A stretch of DNA of 64,000 bases from an uncultured bacterium (lineage in GTDB: Bacteria > Bacteroidota > Ignavibacteria > Kapaibacteriales > UBA2268). Shown piece by piece: positions 1-9,603 of the stretch. The stretch covers positions 2,919,605 to 2,983,604 of the forward strand of contig OW818676.1 in the NCBI GenBank assembly GCA_942493235.1, written 5' to 3'. The notes under the pieces were generated by a model. The model saw nothing but the letters and a program-made list of their open reading frames with translations. It did no database searches and had not been told where the DNA came from. Position 1 is the first letter of the stretch. The number at the start of each line of letters is the position of its first letter. Both the position numbers and the translations under genes were made by a program.

Positions 1-1
1 T

Positions 2-766
2 GCAACTTACGGCTACAGTAATGTCTATGACTGTGCTTCATTTGACAAAATAAATCCCGATGCTTTTTTTTCATCCAATATGCTGACTTTGTTTTTGAGA
101 TTTTTACCTGATACAAATGTTGTATTTACAGATACTTCCGGAATAATTTCCAATATATCAACACTTTCTGATAATAAAACAGTATTTTATACAAAATCCG
201 ACAATCCTACATTATTATACAAACATAATGTGTTTACTGATTATACTGAAACAATAAGCTTTGATATTAATATAGATAATATGTTTATCTCTAAAGATAA
301 TTATTTTATTGCTTTAGTAGATACTGATACTAAATCGGCTAAAATTTATAAAACAAAATACATAAGCAATAAGGAGCTCGTTGCCGAAATCCCCCTACTT
401 TATAATAACTTATTCTTTAGTGATAATTTCAAATATGTGTTCAGTAGGACTATTAACGACGATGATTGCAAGTTTAACTGCTATCAGATTATATTCGATG
501 ATACTGATGCAGTTATTGATGAACCTTTTAACAGATTGACTATGAATTTATCGCCTAATCCGGCTGATAATGAGCTTAGTATTAGCACTAATTCCGGAGA
601 ATTGATTGAGAAAATTGAAATATTCAATAATTTGGGACAATCAATTTCAGTATATAATAATGTCCTAAGTCCTTCATTTAGGATTGATATTTCAAAATAC
701 TCAATTGGTACTTACTATGCGGTAATTAATGGTATTACAAAAACATTTATTAAAGTCGGTTTATAA
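2..766 (+). CDS. T9SS type A sorting domain protein, 5'-truncated by the window edge; paralog of the next gene
   Basis: Frame is open from position 2 to the ORF-track ATG at 80. The C-terminus LSPNPADNELSI...GTYYAVIN..KTFIK is a typical T9SS CTD. RFLPDTN...ISFDINIDNMFIS aligns by eye with RILPDTN...MIFDFNIYSPKVS of 795..2891. Confidence 0.8.
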   Translation, partial: ATYGYSNVYDCASFDKINPDAFFSSNMLTLFLRFLPDTNVVFTDTSGIISNISTLSDNKTVFYTKSDNPTLLYKHNVFTDYTETISFDINIDNMFISKDNYFIALVDTDTKSAKIYKTKYISNKELVAEIPLLYNNLFFSDNFKYVFSRTINDDDCKFNCYQIIFDDTDAVIDEPFNRLTMNLSPNPADNELSISTNSGELIEKIEIFNNLGQSISVYNNVLSPSFRIDISKYSIGTYYAVINGITKTFIKVGL

Positions 767-794
767 TTATGATAATTATTTAAGGAAATAAATT

Positions 795-2891
795 ATGAAA
801 AAGTTTATTTTATTATTCATTCTATCAATTGGATTTTTTAACACAATTAAAGCAGCAGATTATGAGCAAGTGTGGAGTTATTTGCCTCCATCACCATATA
901 AATCAATAAAAGCAATATTCGGTGGCAAGTATCTGTATGAAAGCCAATATTCGGTCATATATGACATGATGAATCTCAATGCTACTCCTGATACAATAAT
1001 TCAATTACCTACAAAATTTAAAACAAATAAAAACTTTGATGTATATGGATTATTAAATAATAATTCCTTTTTTAGATATAATTACAGTACGAATAAATCT
1101 GAAGAAATTGCTTTGGACTTCGGTATCGATAGCAATTTCTACAATATTATCGATTATACTAATCATCATATCGGTATTTATCAAGACATTAAGCTGGGAC
1201 TTAAAATTTTCGATATTGACAGTAACAAGGTAATTCGTGAATTTAATTTTTACAATTCTATGCCTGTGGAAATTTACCAATTCTCGCCGGACGAAACCCA
1301 ACTCCTATTTACTTACAAAAATACTATTTTTATCTATGACATCGCTTTAGACAGCATAGTCCTCCAAAAAACATTTACTGATATACCTCAGTCTCAGTAT
1401 TTAGACCATGCAGTATGGTTAACAGATTCAAGTATTGTACTTGCATCTTTTAAAAACACGATTACAATAAATCCAAAGTCAGGAGAAATAAAGCACAAAA
1501 CAGATAGATTGATTACTTTTAATTATCAACTGATGGGTTCGGATAGTATTTACGTTCGTTCTACTAATTATAATATTTATTTTTATAATTATATAAATGG
1601 ACATATCGATTCAGTTTATAAGTACAATAATCAAACCACTTGTTTTGTACTAATTAATAATAAACCGTCTTACTTCACTATTACTGATAATTCAATACTC
1701 TATCAGAATATTATTGATTCTAATAACTATACATTAACGTCGTTTACTATTAATACAAAAGCACAATATTTAAGCGATTACAATCCTAAATCAATAATTA
1801 ATAATGATTTTACGAAAGCTATTGTAAAATCTTATAGCCAAGCAGTTAATAAGAATATATATTATTTAATAGATTTTGAAACCGGAGAAATTAGTGACTC
1901 AATTACAATCCCCTTAAACAATCTATATATATATAACAAGGATTTCTTCCGATCTACCGGTGGCGGACAAAATAAATATTATCAATATGATTCTAAAACG
2001 AAACAAATCACTGACTCAATTGATCCGGTAAACAGTGACTTATGGAAAATATTCGATTTAAATGAAAAATTTGTATTATCAAAATTGAATGTTGGTAACG
2101 AAATTAATGTAATTGATTTAAAAACCCAAAAAAGCATTCTTGAGACTGGAGCCGATAATTACTATTCTTATCTTTCAAAAGATAATCAGAATGTACTATT
2201 TGCATCTCTAAATGATTCAGTTAGTGTAAGAATACTGCCGGATACTAATACTCTATTTAAATATAAAAGGTACGAAATATCTTCTATAATAGCACTCCCT
2301 GATAACTCGTCGCTGATGTATATTAAAAAAGATAATATGAAAAAGCTATATATTCATAACCTTAAAACTAATACTATAGCCGAGATGATTTTTGATTTCA
2401 ATATTTACTCTCCTAAAGTTTCTATCAATAACAGATATTTCGCTCTTAAAGACTCTATTAATCGCAAACTTCATATTTATTCTATGGATTCGAAGATAAA
2501 AGAATTAACAATTCCCCTATTTGATAATGTAATCAGTACTGTACATAATTCTGCGGATTTTAAGTATTTTATTGTTAAATCATCAGAACTGCAATATAGT
2601 AAGAGTATTTGTTATAAATTAGATTTAGCAAATCTAAGTGTTAGCACTGATAAGCCTGAAGAAAGAGCTTTATCAATTTATCCGAATCCTGCTACTAACC
2701 TATTAAATATAAGTTTACAAAATAACCTTATAATCAAGGATATAAAAATTTACAATTTAACCGGCGAGTTAATCAACCAATTTAATAATGTTAATGCAGA
2801 AAGATTTGAAATAGATATAAGCAATTACCCGCTTGGTTCTTATTATATTTCAGCAGACGACAAATGGGAAATGTTTGTAAAAGCTGATTAA
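795..2891 (+). CDS. Secreted beta-propeller-like protein with T9SS type A sorting domain
   Basis: N-terminal signal peptide MKKFILLFILSIGFFNTIKA, beta-rich WD40-like body, CTD IYPNPATNLLNI...GSYYI. Confidence 0.8.
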   Translation: MKKFILLFILSIGFFNTIKAADYEQVWSYLPPSPYKSIKAIFGGKYLYESQYSVIYDMMNLNATPDTIIQLPTKFKTNKNFDVYGLLNNNSFFRYNYSTNKSEEIALDFGIDSNFYNIIDYTNHHIGIYQDIKLGLKIFDIDSNKVIREFNFYNSMPVEIYQFSPDETQLLFTYKNTIFIYDIALDSIVLQKTFTDIPQSQYLDHAVWLTDSSIVLASFKNTITINPKSGEIKHKTDRLITFNYQLMGSDSIYVRSTNYNIYFYNYINGHIDSVYKYNNQTTCFVLINNKPSYFTITDNSILYQNIIDSNNYTLTSFTINTKAQYLSDYNPKSIINNDFTKAIVKSYSQAVNKNIYYLIDFETGEISDSITIPLNNLYIYNKDFFRSTGGGQNKYYQYDSKTKQITDSIDPVNSDLWKIFDLNEKFVLSKLNVGNEINVIDLKTQKSILETGADNYYSYLSKDNQNVLFASLNDSVSVRILPDTNTLFKYKRYEISSIIALPDNSSLMYIKKDNMKKLYIHNLKTNTIAEMIFDFNIYSPKVSINNRYFALKDSINRKLHIYSMDSKIKELTIPLFDNVISTVHNSADFKYFIVKSSELQYSKSICYKLDLANLSVSTDKPEERALSIYPNPATNLLNISLQNNLIIKDIKIYNLTGELINQFNNVNAERFEIDISNYPLGSYYISADDKWEMFVKAD

Positions 2892-2958
2892 TATATTGTC
2901 AATGTCATTCCGCAGGTTTCTGTACCTGTGGTAATTATTTTTTGCAAATTTTTAATCC

Positions 2959-2985
2959 TCAGCCCTACGCTCCGCGTAGGGCTGA
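2959..2985. repeat. Perfect 12-bp inverted repeat (REP-like)
   Basis: TCAGCCCTACGC-TCC-GCGTAGGGCTGA between convergent genes; shares the CTACGC-N3-GCGTAG core with a module of the 7358-9020 array. Confidence 0.75.
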
Positions 2986-3051
2986 ATTTACGGGCTTGGT
3001 CTTTCTCTTACGCATAAATAGGAGATAGAAATTATATAACTATCCAAAATT

Positions 3052-5400
3052 TTACAATTCAACTATCGTTACTCCATCGCCGCCCTCGGTCAAATCGCCT
3101 AGCCTAAATTTAATTACAGACGGATGCTCCGACAAATACTCGTGAACGGCATGACGCAATGCACCGGTACCCTTGCCGTGGATAACAGTTAATATATTTA
3201 CATTGCTAACCAAAGCATCATTTATCAAATCGTCGATTTCTCTGATAGAGGCTTCGGCTCTCTTTCCGCGTAGGTCAAGACGTGTCTGAGCATCAAATTT
3301 CAAATAATTGGAATATTCTTTTTTTAGTTTATCTTTCTTTTTTGTTTTAATTAGTTGATTAGTCGGCATGCGGAATTTAACTCCGTTGAAATCGACTAAA
3401 GCCATTTTACCGTTATCGTCAATGAATATAACTGTACCGACAGAATCGGAATCTTCGATAGTAACTACATCACCTTCAGCTAATTTATCTGGTTCAGCTG
3501 GAATTGTGTTTTTATTGTCGTTCTTCTTAACTTTATTTTCAAGATTTTGTTTCTCGGTTTGGAATTCTTTTTTTACCTCGGCAACTGCTTTCTGCTCTTC
3601 ACGAATTTCACGAACAGTTTTTTCAATAAGAGCATTTGCAGAATTCAATACTTCAAGGGCTTCTTTATGAGCTGTATCAATTAGTTCTTTTTTCTTGAGT
3701 TTAATTTCTTTCAGCTTAGTTTCATATTCAATTCTAAGCTTTTCAGCTTTCATTTTCTCTTGAGCAGCAATTAACTTCAACTGCTCGGCTTCTTGTTTAT
3801 ATTGCTGAAGTAGCGAAATACTTTTTTCTAATTCGGAATGCCCCCCGCCTAAGAATTTATCAGCTCTTTCTAATACCAATCTATTAAGCCCAAGGCTCTT
3901 AGCCAGAGCAAAGGCATAGCTATTGCCGGGAATACCGGATAAGTATTTATAGGTTGGTTTTAGCTTTTTGTCATCAAATTCCAGCGACGCATTTTCGATT
4001 TCTTCGCGATTGAGAGAATATGTTTTCAGTGATGATTGATGCGTAGTAACAATAAAAAATGCGTTTAATGCAATAAATGTATCCAATATACCTGCCGCAA
4101 GAGCTGCACCTTCGTAAGGGTCTGTACCGGAGCAAATCTCATCAACTAATACAAGCGATTGAGCCGTACAGCACTCGACAATATTTTTAATTTGGATAAT
4201 TTGCGAGCTAAAAGTAGATAAATCGTGCTCAATTGATTGATTATCGCCTATAGATGAATAAATCATACGAAAATTGGTTTTACATACACCGAGGGGGAAT
4301 ATACCGCTCAGAGCCATTGCAATATTAATACCTATACTTTTCAGTGCTACGGTTTTACCACCGGCGTTTGGACCGGATATCAACTGACCGCGTTTTTTAT
4401 CGTTAAATTCTGCACTTAGTGGGATTACATTATTAATATTTTTCCCATGGCATAGTAAAGGATGGCGAATGTCTTTTAGATAAATTTCGTTTTCGTCGGA
4501 AATATTCGGTTTAATTCCACCAAAATCAAGAGCATATTTTGCCCTTGCCATTATTGAATCCAGATGGATAATTATATCATAAGACATTAATAATTGTCGT
4601 GCATCTTGCCCGATTTCCTGAGTCAGATTCTGAAGTATTTTGTATATTTCACGTTTTTCTTCGCTCATTAGCATTGAAATTTCGTTATTCATCTCAAATG
4701 TCTCACTCGGTTCTAAAAACACAGTCGAACCGGTCTGTGAGACGTTATGAATAATTCCGGGTACATGCCTCTTATGCTCGGCTTTAACAGGAATCACAAA
4801 ACGTCCGTCTCGAATAGAGATAAACTCTTCAGTAACCATATCGTCTTTGACTACATTTGCTAATATTTTTTCTAAACGCTGACGCAGTCTATGAGATTTT
4901 TCTATAATTTCTCTTCGGATTCGCATAAGCTCTCTTGAAGCAGAGTCCTTAATCTCGCCGTTTTCATCTATAGCGTCACTAATATGCTTTTCTAATAGTT
5001 TGTTCTCAAATAATGGCTCTACCCTATCCCATATTACTGGATATTTATCTCGCCTAAGCGAGAAATAAATTTTCAAGCTACGAGACTGATTCATGAGCTG
5101 ACACAATTTTAAAATCTCTCCGGAAGTAAGTACCGCATTAGTAACCAAGGATTTATGTAATTTTGTTCTTACATCGTCTATACCATCATAAGGGATTTCA
5201 TCATCGGCGACTAAAATGGAAACCATCTGCTCGATAAGTCCGTATTCATCATTTAGAAATTGATTATCATCGGTAGGCTCCAAACTTGTAATAATCTCTT
5301 TAGCTGATTCACTAAGTGCATATTTTGCGACATAATTAAGCAATGATTCAAATTCCAATTGCCTAAGAGCTAAATTCTGTAAAGTTTTTTCATCTGTCAT
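3052..5400 (-). CDS. mutS2: Endonuclease MutS2 / ribosome rescue factor RqcU
   Basis: Walker A ISGPNAGGKT, STFSS, DEICSGTDP, TTH motifs, a coiled coil, and a C-terminal Smr domain (LDLRG...IHGKGTGALR...GGDGVT). Confidence 0.95.
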   Translation of the reverse strand: MTDEKTLQNLALRQLEFESLLNYVAKYALSESAKEIITSLEPTDDNQFLNDEYGLIEQMVSILVADDEIPYDGIDDVRTKLHKSLVTNAVLTSGEILKLCQLMNQSRSLKIYFSLRRDKYPVIWDRVEPLFENKLLEKHISDAIDENGEIKDSASRELMRIRREIIEKSHRLRQRLEKILANVVKDDMVTEEFISIRDGRFVIPVKAEHKRHVPGIIHNVSQTGSTVFLEPSETFEMNNEISMLMSEEKREIYKILQNLTQEIGQDARQLLMSYDIIIHLDSIMARAKYALDFGGIKPNISDENEIYLKDIRHPLLCHGKNINNVIPLSAEFNDKKRGQLISGPNAGGKTVALKSIGINIAMALSGIFPLGVCKTNFRMIYSSIGDNQSIEHDLSTFSSQIIQIKNIVECCTAQSLVLVDEICSGTDPYEGAALAAGILDTFIALNAFFIVTTHQSSLKTYSLNREEIENASLEFDDKKLKPTYKYLSGIPGNSYAFALAKSLGLNRLVLERADKFLGGGHSELEKSISLLQQYKQEAEQLKLIAAQEKMKAEKLRIEYETKLKEIKLKKKELIDTAHKEALEVLNSANALIEKTVREIREEQKAVAEVKKEFQTEKQNLENKVKKNDNKNTIPAEPDKLAEGDVVTIEDSDSVGTVIFIDDNGKMALVDFNGVKFRMPTNQLIKTKKKDKLKKEYSNYLKFDAQTRLDLRGKRAEASIREIDDLINDALVSNVNILTVIHGKGTGALRHAVHEYLSEHPSVIKFRLGDLTEGGDGVTIVEL

Positions 5401-5527
5401 AAGTATATATAATTATTTAATAAATATTTTCAAATAAAATCAAGTAATTAATTAGACGAATGTAAGCTACTTTTTAATGTTTTTAAAATTCATTTTATAA
5501 CTATAAAATACAATATTCCTGCATATT

Positions 5528-5709
5528 GAGGGGTGGCATCGCGAAGCGATGACGGGGTGGGTTCTTTCTTCGGAATTGGGAAGTAGGAAATAGGAATTAG
5601 GAATTTGCTCGTCTCCTTACTACGCTCTGCGTAGTAAGGCTACTCTTCCAACAGCGTTAGATGTTGAACATCTGTAGAATATATTTTGCACTTCCTTTTT
5701 CTTTCTTTT
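5528..5709 (-). repeat. Single inverted copy of the mosaic palindromic repeat unit
   Basis: Reverse complement reads AAGAAAGAAAAAGGAAGTGC..TTCTAC..TTCAACATCTAACGCTGTTG..CCTTACTACGCAGAGCGTAGTAAGG..heptamers..CACCCCGTCATCGCTTCGCGATGCCACCCCTC, the same module order as ~8230-8424. Confidence 0.9.
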
Positions 5710-5762
5710 ACAAATCTATTTGTATTAGGAAATAATGAAGAAATTGATTAAGCGATATATAA

Positions 5763-5792
5763 ACAACCCACAGGTTTAACTACGGGTTGTTT
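5763..5792. repeat. Imperfect palindrome AAACAACCCACAGGTTTAACTACGGGTTGTTT
   Basis: AAACAACCC/GGGTTGTTT arms; resembles the palindrome at 59386 and lies just downstream of the DUF6249-like gene. Confidence 0.5.
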
Positions 5793-5835
5793 AATAAAAA
5801 GCAATATGGATGGTAACTTAGTAAGATTCATATTC

Positions 5836-6207
5836 TCAATCTTTTATATTCTTTAAAGCTCTTTTACCAATGAAATAGAATATTACTAAGCTTAAACCAA
5901 TACAAATAGTAATTGATGAACCCATAGCTACTGGACCTTCAAAATGGAGAACCCAGTGCAAATAATTAGCTACTAAAAATCCAACACCAAAACCGATTAA
6001 TATCATGCCGATTTTTAAAAATATAAGTAGATAGATTGACAGCTTGTTTTTTGTTGATTTAGCCGGAGAATTATATCCCCACACTAAATTTGGGTCTATA
6101 TCTTTGTCCATAATTGCCATTCTTTCTTTGTGCCTTGTGCTGATATTTAAATAAAATATTGCATAAATTGTCGCACATATCATCAGAAATACTAAAACGC
6201 CTTCCAT
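5836..6207 (-). CDS. DUF6249-like membrane protein
   Basis: N-terminal TM, RHKERMAIMDK motif, LKIGMILIGFGVGFL helices; divergent from an ECF sigma, the usual context of this family; GAGG RBS upstream. Confidence 0.7.
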   Translation of the reverse strand: MEGVLVFLMICATIYAIFYLNISTRHKERMAIMDKDIDPNLVWGYNSPAKSTKNKLSIYLLIFLKIGMILIGFGVGFLVANYLHWVLHFEGPVAMGSSITICIGLSLVIFYFIGKRALKNIKD

Positions 6208-6251
6208 ATTATTACCTCATAAATTTTAAATATTTTCTTTTCAAAAATAAT

Positions 6252-6278
6252 AACGCTATATTTTAATATAAAGTTGCA
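6252..6278 (-). promoter_or_regulatory. Putative ECF sigma promoter TGCAAC-N17-CGTT for the DUF6249-like gene
   Basis: Plus-strand AACG at 6252-6255 and GTTGCA at 6273-6278 with a 17-nt spacer; mirror image of 6301-6327. Confidence 0.6.
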
Positions 6279-6300
6279 AAAAATATTATTATATTTATAT

Positions 6301-6327
6301 TGCAACTATTTTATAATATTAAGCGTT
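6301..6327 (+). promoter_or_regulatory. Putative autoregulatory ECF promoter TGCAAC-N17-CGTT for the sigma gene
   Basis: TGCAAC at 6301-6306 and CGTT at 6324-6327, 11 nt before the ATG at 6339. Confidence 0.6.
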
Positions 6328-6338
6328 CTTATTGATAT

Positions 6339-6914
6339 ATGAAAGTATCAGAAGACATAGAAATAATTAAGCAAGTACTTAACGGTAATACAAGTGCTTA
6401 CAAAAGTATTATTGACAAGCATAAAAACTCTTGTTTTAATTTAGCATATAGAATTCTCGGTAATCGCCAAGATGCTGAGGAATGTACAGCCGATGCTTTT
6501 ATTAATGCTTTTAATGCTTTAAAAAATTATAATAATAATTTTAAATTTCGCTCTTGGCTAATGAAAATTACTTTTAACAGAGCAATTTCTATGAGAAGAA
6601 AAAAGAAAATCCCTATACAGCAAATCGAAAATGAAGACGAATATTCTTATATACAAGATTCAGTTGAGACTTACAGTCAAATATTTTCAGCAGATAAAAA
6701 GATGATAATTGACAATGCTCTAAGCTGTTTGGATAATGAATCGCGAGCTATAGTAAATCTCTTCTATTATGAAGAGTTTAGCTTAGAAGAAATTTCCGAT
6801 TTGGTCAATTCAAATATAAACACTGTAAAATCTAAACTATTTAGAGCAAGACAAAAAATGAAATCTGCAATTAATCGTTTCTATCAAAATGAAGAAAAAA
6901 ATATGGTGCTATAA
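6339..6914 (+). CDS. ECF RNA polymerase sigma-70 factor (RpoE/SigW-like)
   Basis: Region 2 DAEECTADAF..F.SWLMKITFNRAI and region 4 LFYYEEFSLEEISDLVNSNINTVKSKLFRARQKM. Confidence 0.93.
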   Translation: MKVSEDIEIIKQVLNGNTSAYKSIIDKHKNSCFNLAYRILGNRQDAEECTADAFINAFNALKNYNNNFKFRSWLMKITFNRAISMRRKKKIPIQQIENEDEYSYIQDSVETYSQIFSADKKMIIDNALSCLDNESRAIVNLFYYEEFSLEEISDLVNSNINTVKSKLFRARQKMKSAINRFYQNEEKNMVL

Positions 6915-7291
6915 TGAATGATAAAGATTTTAAGTTGTTATTTAAAGAGACTTCCGTAGAATTAGCTGATGATTTCTCGGATACTTTAATGCAAAAAATT
7001 AATTTGCAGCATAAGACTGCAAAATCCGTAATATTTACAAATATTAAAATTGTAAATATTATTCTATCTGCTATCATCAGTTTAGGGCTGATTATCTATT
7101 ATTTTCTTTATCAGGAAGTTAGCTCTGAATTGTCTCAATTTATATCAAAATTCACTAATAATATAAATATTGATTTTACAAAAATATTTACCTTAGACAT
7201 TTCTAAAACCATACTATATATTTGTCTTTTAGTACTTTTTGTTTTAGTATTTGATAAAATATTATTTCGTTTATTTAATCGCAAAAACTAA
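6914..7291 (+). CDS. Membrane protein, probable anti-sigma factor
   Basis: Overlaps the sigma stop codon (TAATG coupling); N-terminal DDFSDTLMQKI motif followed by two TM helices. Confidence 0.65.
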   Translation: MNDKDFKLLFKETSVELADDFSDTLMQKINLQHKTAKSVIFTNIKIVNIILSAIISLGLIIYYFLYQEVSSELSQFISKFTNNINIDFTKIFTLDISKTILYICLLVLFVLVFDKILFRLFNRKN

Positions 7292-7357
7292 ATATTGACT
7301 TCGTTCAGAATGACAAATTTTAGACTGTTTTATTCAAGCATATTAAAACTTTCATTT

Positions 7358-9020
7358 TACCAATATTCAACATCTAATGATGTTGGAACAGTAGCCTTAC
7401 TACGCAGAGCGTAGTAAGGAGACGAGCAAATTCCTAATTCCGAACATCAATCCCCATGAATTAAGAACCATCCCGTCATCGCTTCGCGATGCCACCCCTC
7501 CAATGGATGGGAATTTGAAGAAATAGCTACAAAACACCAGCTCTTATTATCCAAATATTCTCTTTAAGCCCTCTCCTTTGGAGAGGGTTTGTTTGAGGTT
7601 GAAAGATTTTCAGACACCAGCCACACTACGCAGAGCATAGTAAGGAGACGAGCAAATTCCTAATTCCGAACCTCTATTCCCATGAATTAAGAACCACCCC
7701 GTCATCGCTTCGCGATGCCACCCCTCCAATTGGAGGGGAATTTGAAGAATAGTCTATAAAGTGTTACCCATATCTTCAATATATAATCTTAAAGCCCTCC
7801 CCAAGGGGAGGGTTTGGGTGGGGTTGGAAGATATTCGCCACTAACCACACTAAGCAGAGCATAGTGCGAAGACGTACAAAAAAGCATTCGAAGTGAAGAA
7901 AGAAAAAGGGAGTGCCGCCTTTTTTTCTACCAATATTCAACATCTAACGCTGTTGTAAGAAAAGAATCGATTCCAGTTTCTACTTTCTATTTCCTAATTC
8001 CGAACCTCTATCCCCATGAATTAAGAACCACCCCGTCATCGCTTCGCGATGCCACCCCTCCATTTGAGGTGAATTTGAAGATTTGCTACTAAACAGTTAC
8101 CTCTATCATCAATATACAATCTTTAAGCCCTCTCCTTTGGAGAGGGTTTGGGTGAGGTTGGAAGATTTCAGACACCAGCCACACTACGCAGAGCATAGTG
8201 CGGAGACCTGCAAAAAACATTCGAAGCGAAGAAAGAAAAAGGGAGTGATAGCTTTTATTCTACCAATATTCAACAGCTAACGCTGTTGGAAGAGTAACCT
8301 TACTACGCAGAGCGTAGTAAGGAGACGAGCATATTTCTATTTCCTATTTCCCAATTCCCGAACCCCTATCCCCGAACCCCAAATTAAGAACCACCCCGTC
8401 ATCGCTTCGCGATGCCACCCCTCCATTGGAGTGGAATTTGAAGATTTGCTAATAAACTGTTACCTCTATCATCAATATAAAATCTTTAAGCCCTCTCCTT
8501 TGGAGAGGGTTTGGGTGAGGTTGAAAGATTTTCAGACACCAGCCGCACTACTCAGAGCGTAGTATGGAGACCTGCAAAAAAACATTCGAAGAGAAGAAAG
8601 AAAAAGGGAGTGCTAACTTTTTTTCTACCAATATTCAACAGCTAACACTGTTGGAAGAAAAGAATTGATTCCAGTTTCTATTTCCTATTTCCCAATTCCC
8701 GAACCCCTATCCCCGAACCCCAAATTAAGAACCACCCCGTCATCGCTTTGCGATGCCACCCCTCCATTTGAGGTGAATTTGAAGATTTGCTACTAAACAG
8801 TTACCTCTATCATCAATATACAATCTTTAAGCCCTCTCCTTTGGAGAGGGTTTGGGTGAGGTTGAAAGATTTTCAGACACCAGCCACACTACGCAGAGCG
8901 TAGTAAGGAGACGTAAAAAAAAACATTCGAAGAGAAGAAAAAAAAGGGAGTGCTAACTTTTTTCTACCAATATTCAACAGCTAACGCTGTTGTAAGAAAA
9001 GAATCGATTCCAGTTTCTAC
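7358..9020 (+). repeat. Tandem mosaic array of palindromic REP-like modules, five units (BIME-like)
   Basis: ACCA(C/T)CCCGTCATCGCTT(C/T)GCGATGCCACCCCTCC starts at 7467, 7693, 8027, 8390 and 8731 (periods 226, 334, 363, 341). The CCCTCTCC-TTT-GGAGAGGG hairpin or a variant is at 7569, 7795, 8128, 8491 and 8832. Other recurrent modules are CAACAGC-TAAC-GCTGTTG, CTACGC-AGA-GCGTAG and TTCCTAT/TTCCCAA heptamers. Confidence 0.95.
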
Positions 9021-9079
9021 TTCTTACTTTCAACTTAATAAACATTATAACTTTCAACTTTATAACTTTATAAACTGAA

Positions 9080-9526
9080 TCAGGCAAGCTTTTCTTTTAC
9101 AATTCTTTGAACCATATTGCCATCAGCTTTTCCAGATAATTGCTTCATAGCAGGACCCATTACTTTACCCAAATCTTTCATACCCTCTGCCCCGACTTCG
9201 TTTATAAAATTAGAAATAAAAATGTTTACTTCATCTTCGGTCATTTGTTTAGGCAGGAATTCTTCGATAATAGCGAGTTCTTTGCTTTCTTTATCCGACA
9301 GTTCGGTTCTTCCTGCATTTTTGTACATTTCAATTGCATCTTTTCTCTTTTTTGCAGCCGCAATCAACATTTTCTGCTCGTCTTGCTCGTTCATATCTCT
9401 GCCTACACCGCTTGTTTTGAATTCAAGAATGGCAGCACGAATAGAACGCATAGTTTCTAAACGAAGTTTATCGCCACTTTTCATAGCGGTTTTCATTTCT
9501 TCAGTAATTTTCAGCTCTAAGTTCAT
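9080..9526 (-). CDS. GatB/YqeY domain protein
   Basis: MKTAMKSGDK.RLET.R.I.AAI, KRKDAIEMY..AGR.EL..KE..E..IIEEFLPKQM, MKDLGKVMG, GKADG. Confidence 0.92.
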   Translation of the reverse strand: MNLELKITEEMKTAMKSGDKLRLETMRSIRAAILEFKTSGVGRDMNEQDEQKMLIAAAKKRKDAIEMYKNAGRTELSDKESKELAIIEEFLPKQMTEDEVNIFISNFINEVGAEGMKDLGKVMGPAMKQLSGKADGNMVQRIVKEKLA

Positions 9527-9603
9527 TTTATTTTCCCTAATGTTTTTTACAAATATTATACATGTTACAAAAATAAGAATTTTAATACTTTAAGCCAAAT
9601 ATT

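Noticed and set aside
8083-8280. 65-aa ORF inside the array
   Set aside because: It is a chance translation of one repeat unit (KPSPLERVWVR comes from the CCCTCTCC hairpin); equivalent frames in other units are broken and there is no RBS.
7358-9020. CRISPR or TIGR-like guide array
   Set aside because: The segments between conserved modules are homologous to each other (units 3 and 5 are identical between modules), not unique spacers; the period is 226-363 bp; no cas or nuclease gene is adjacent.
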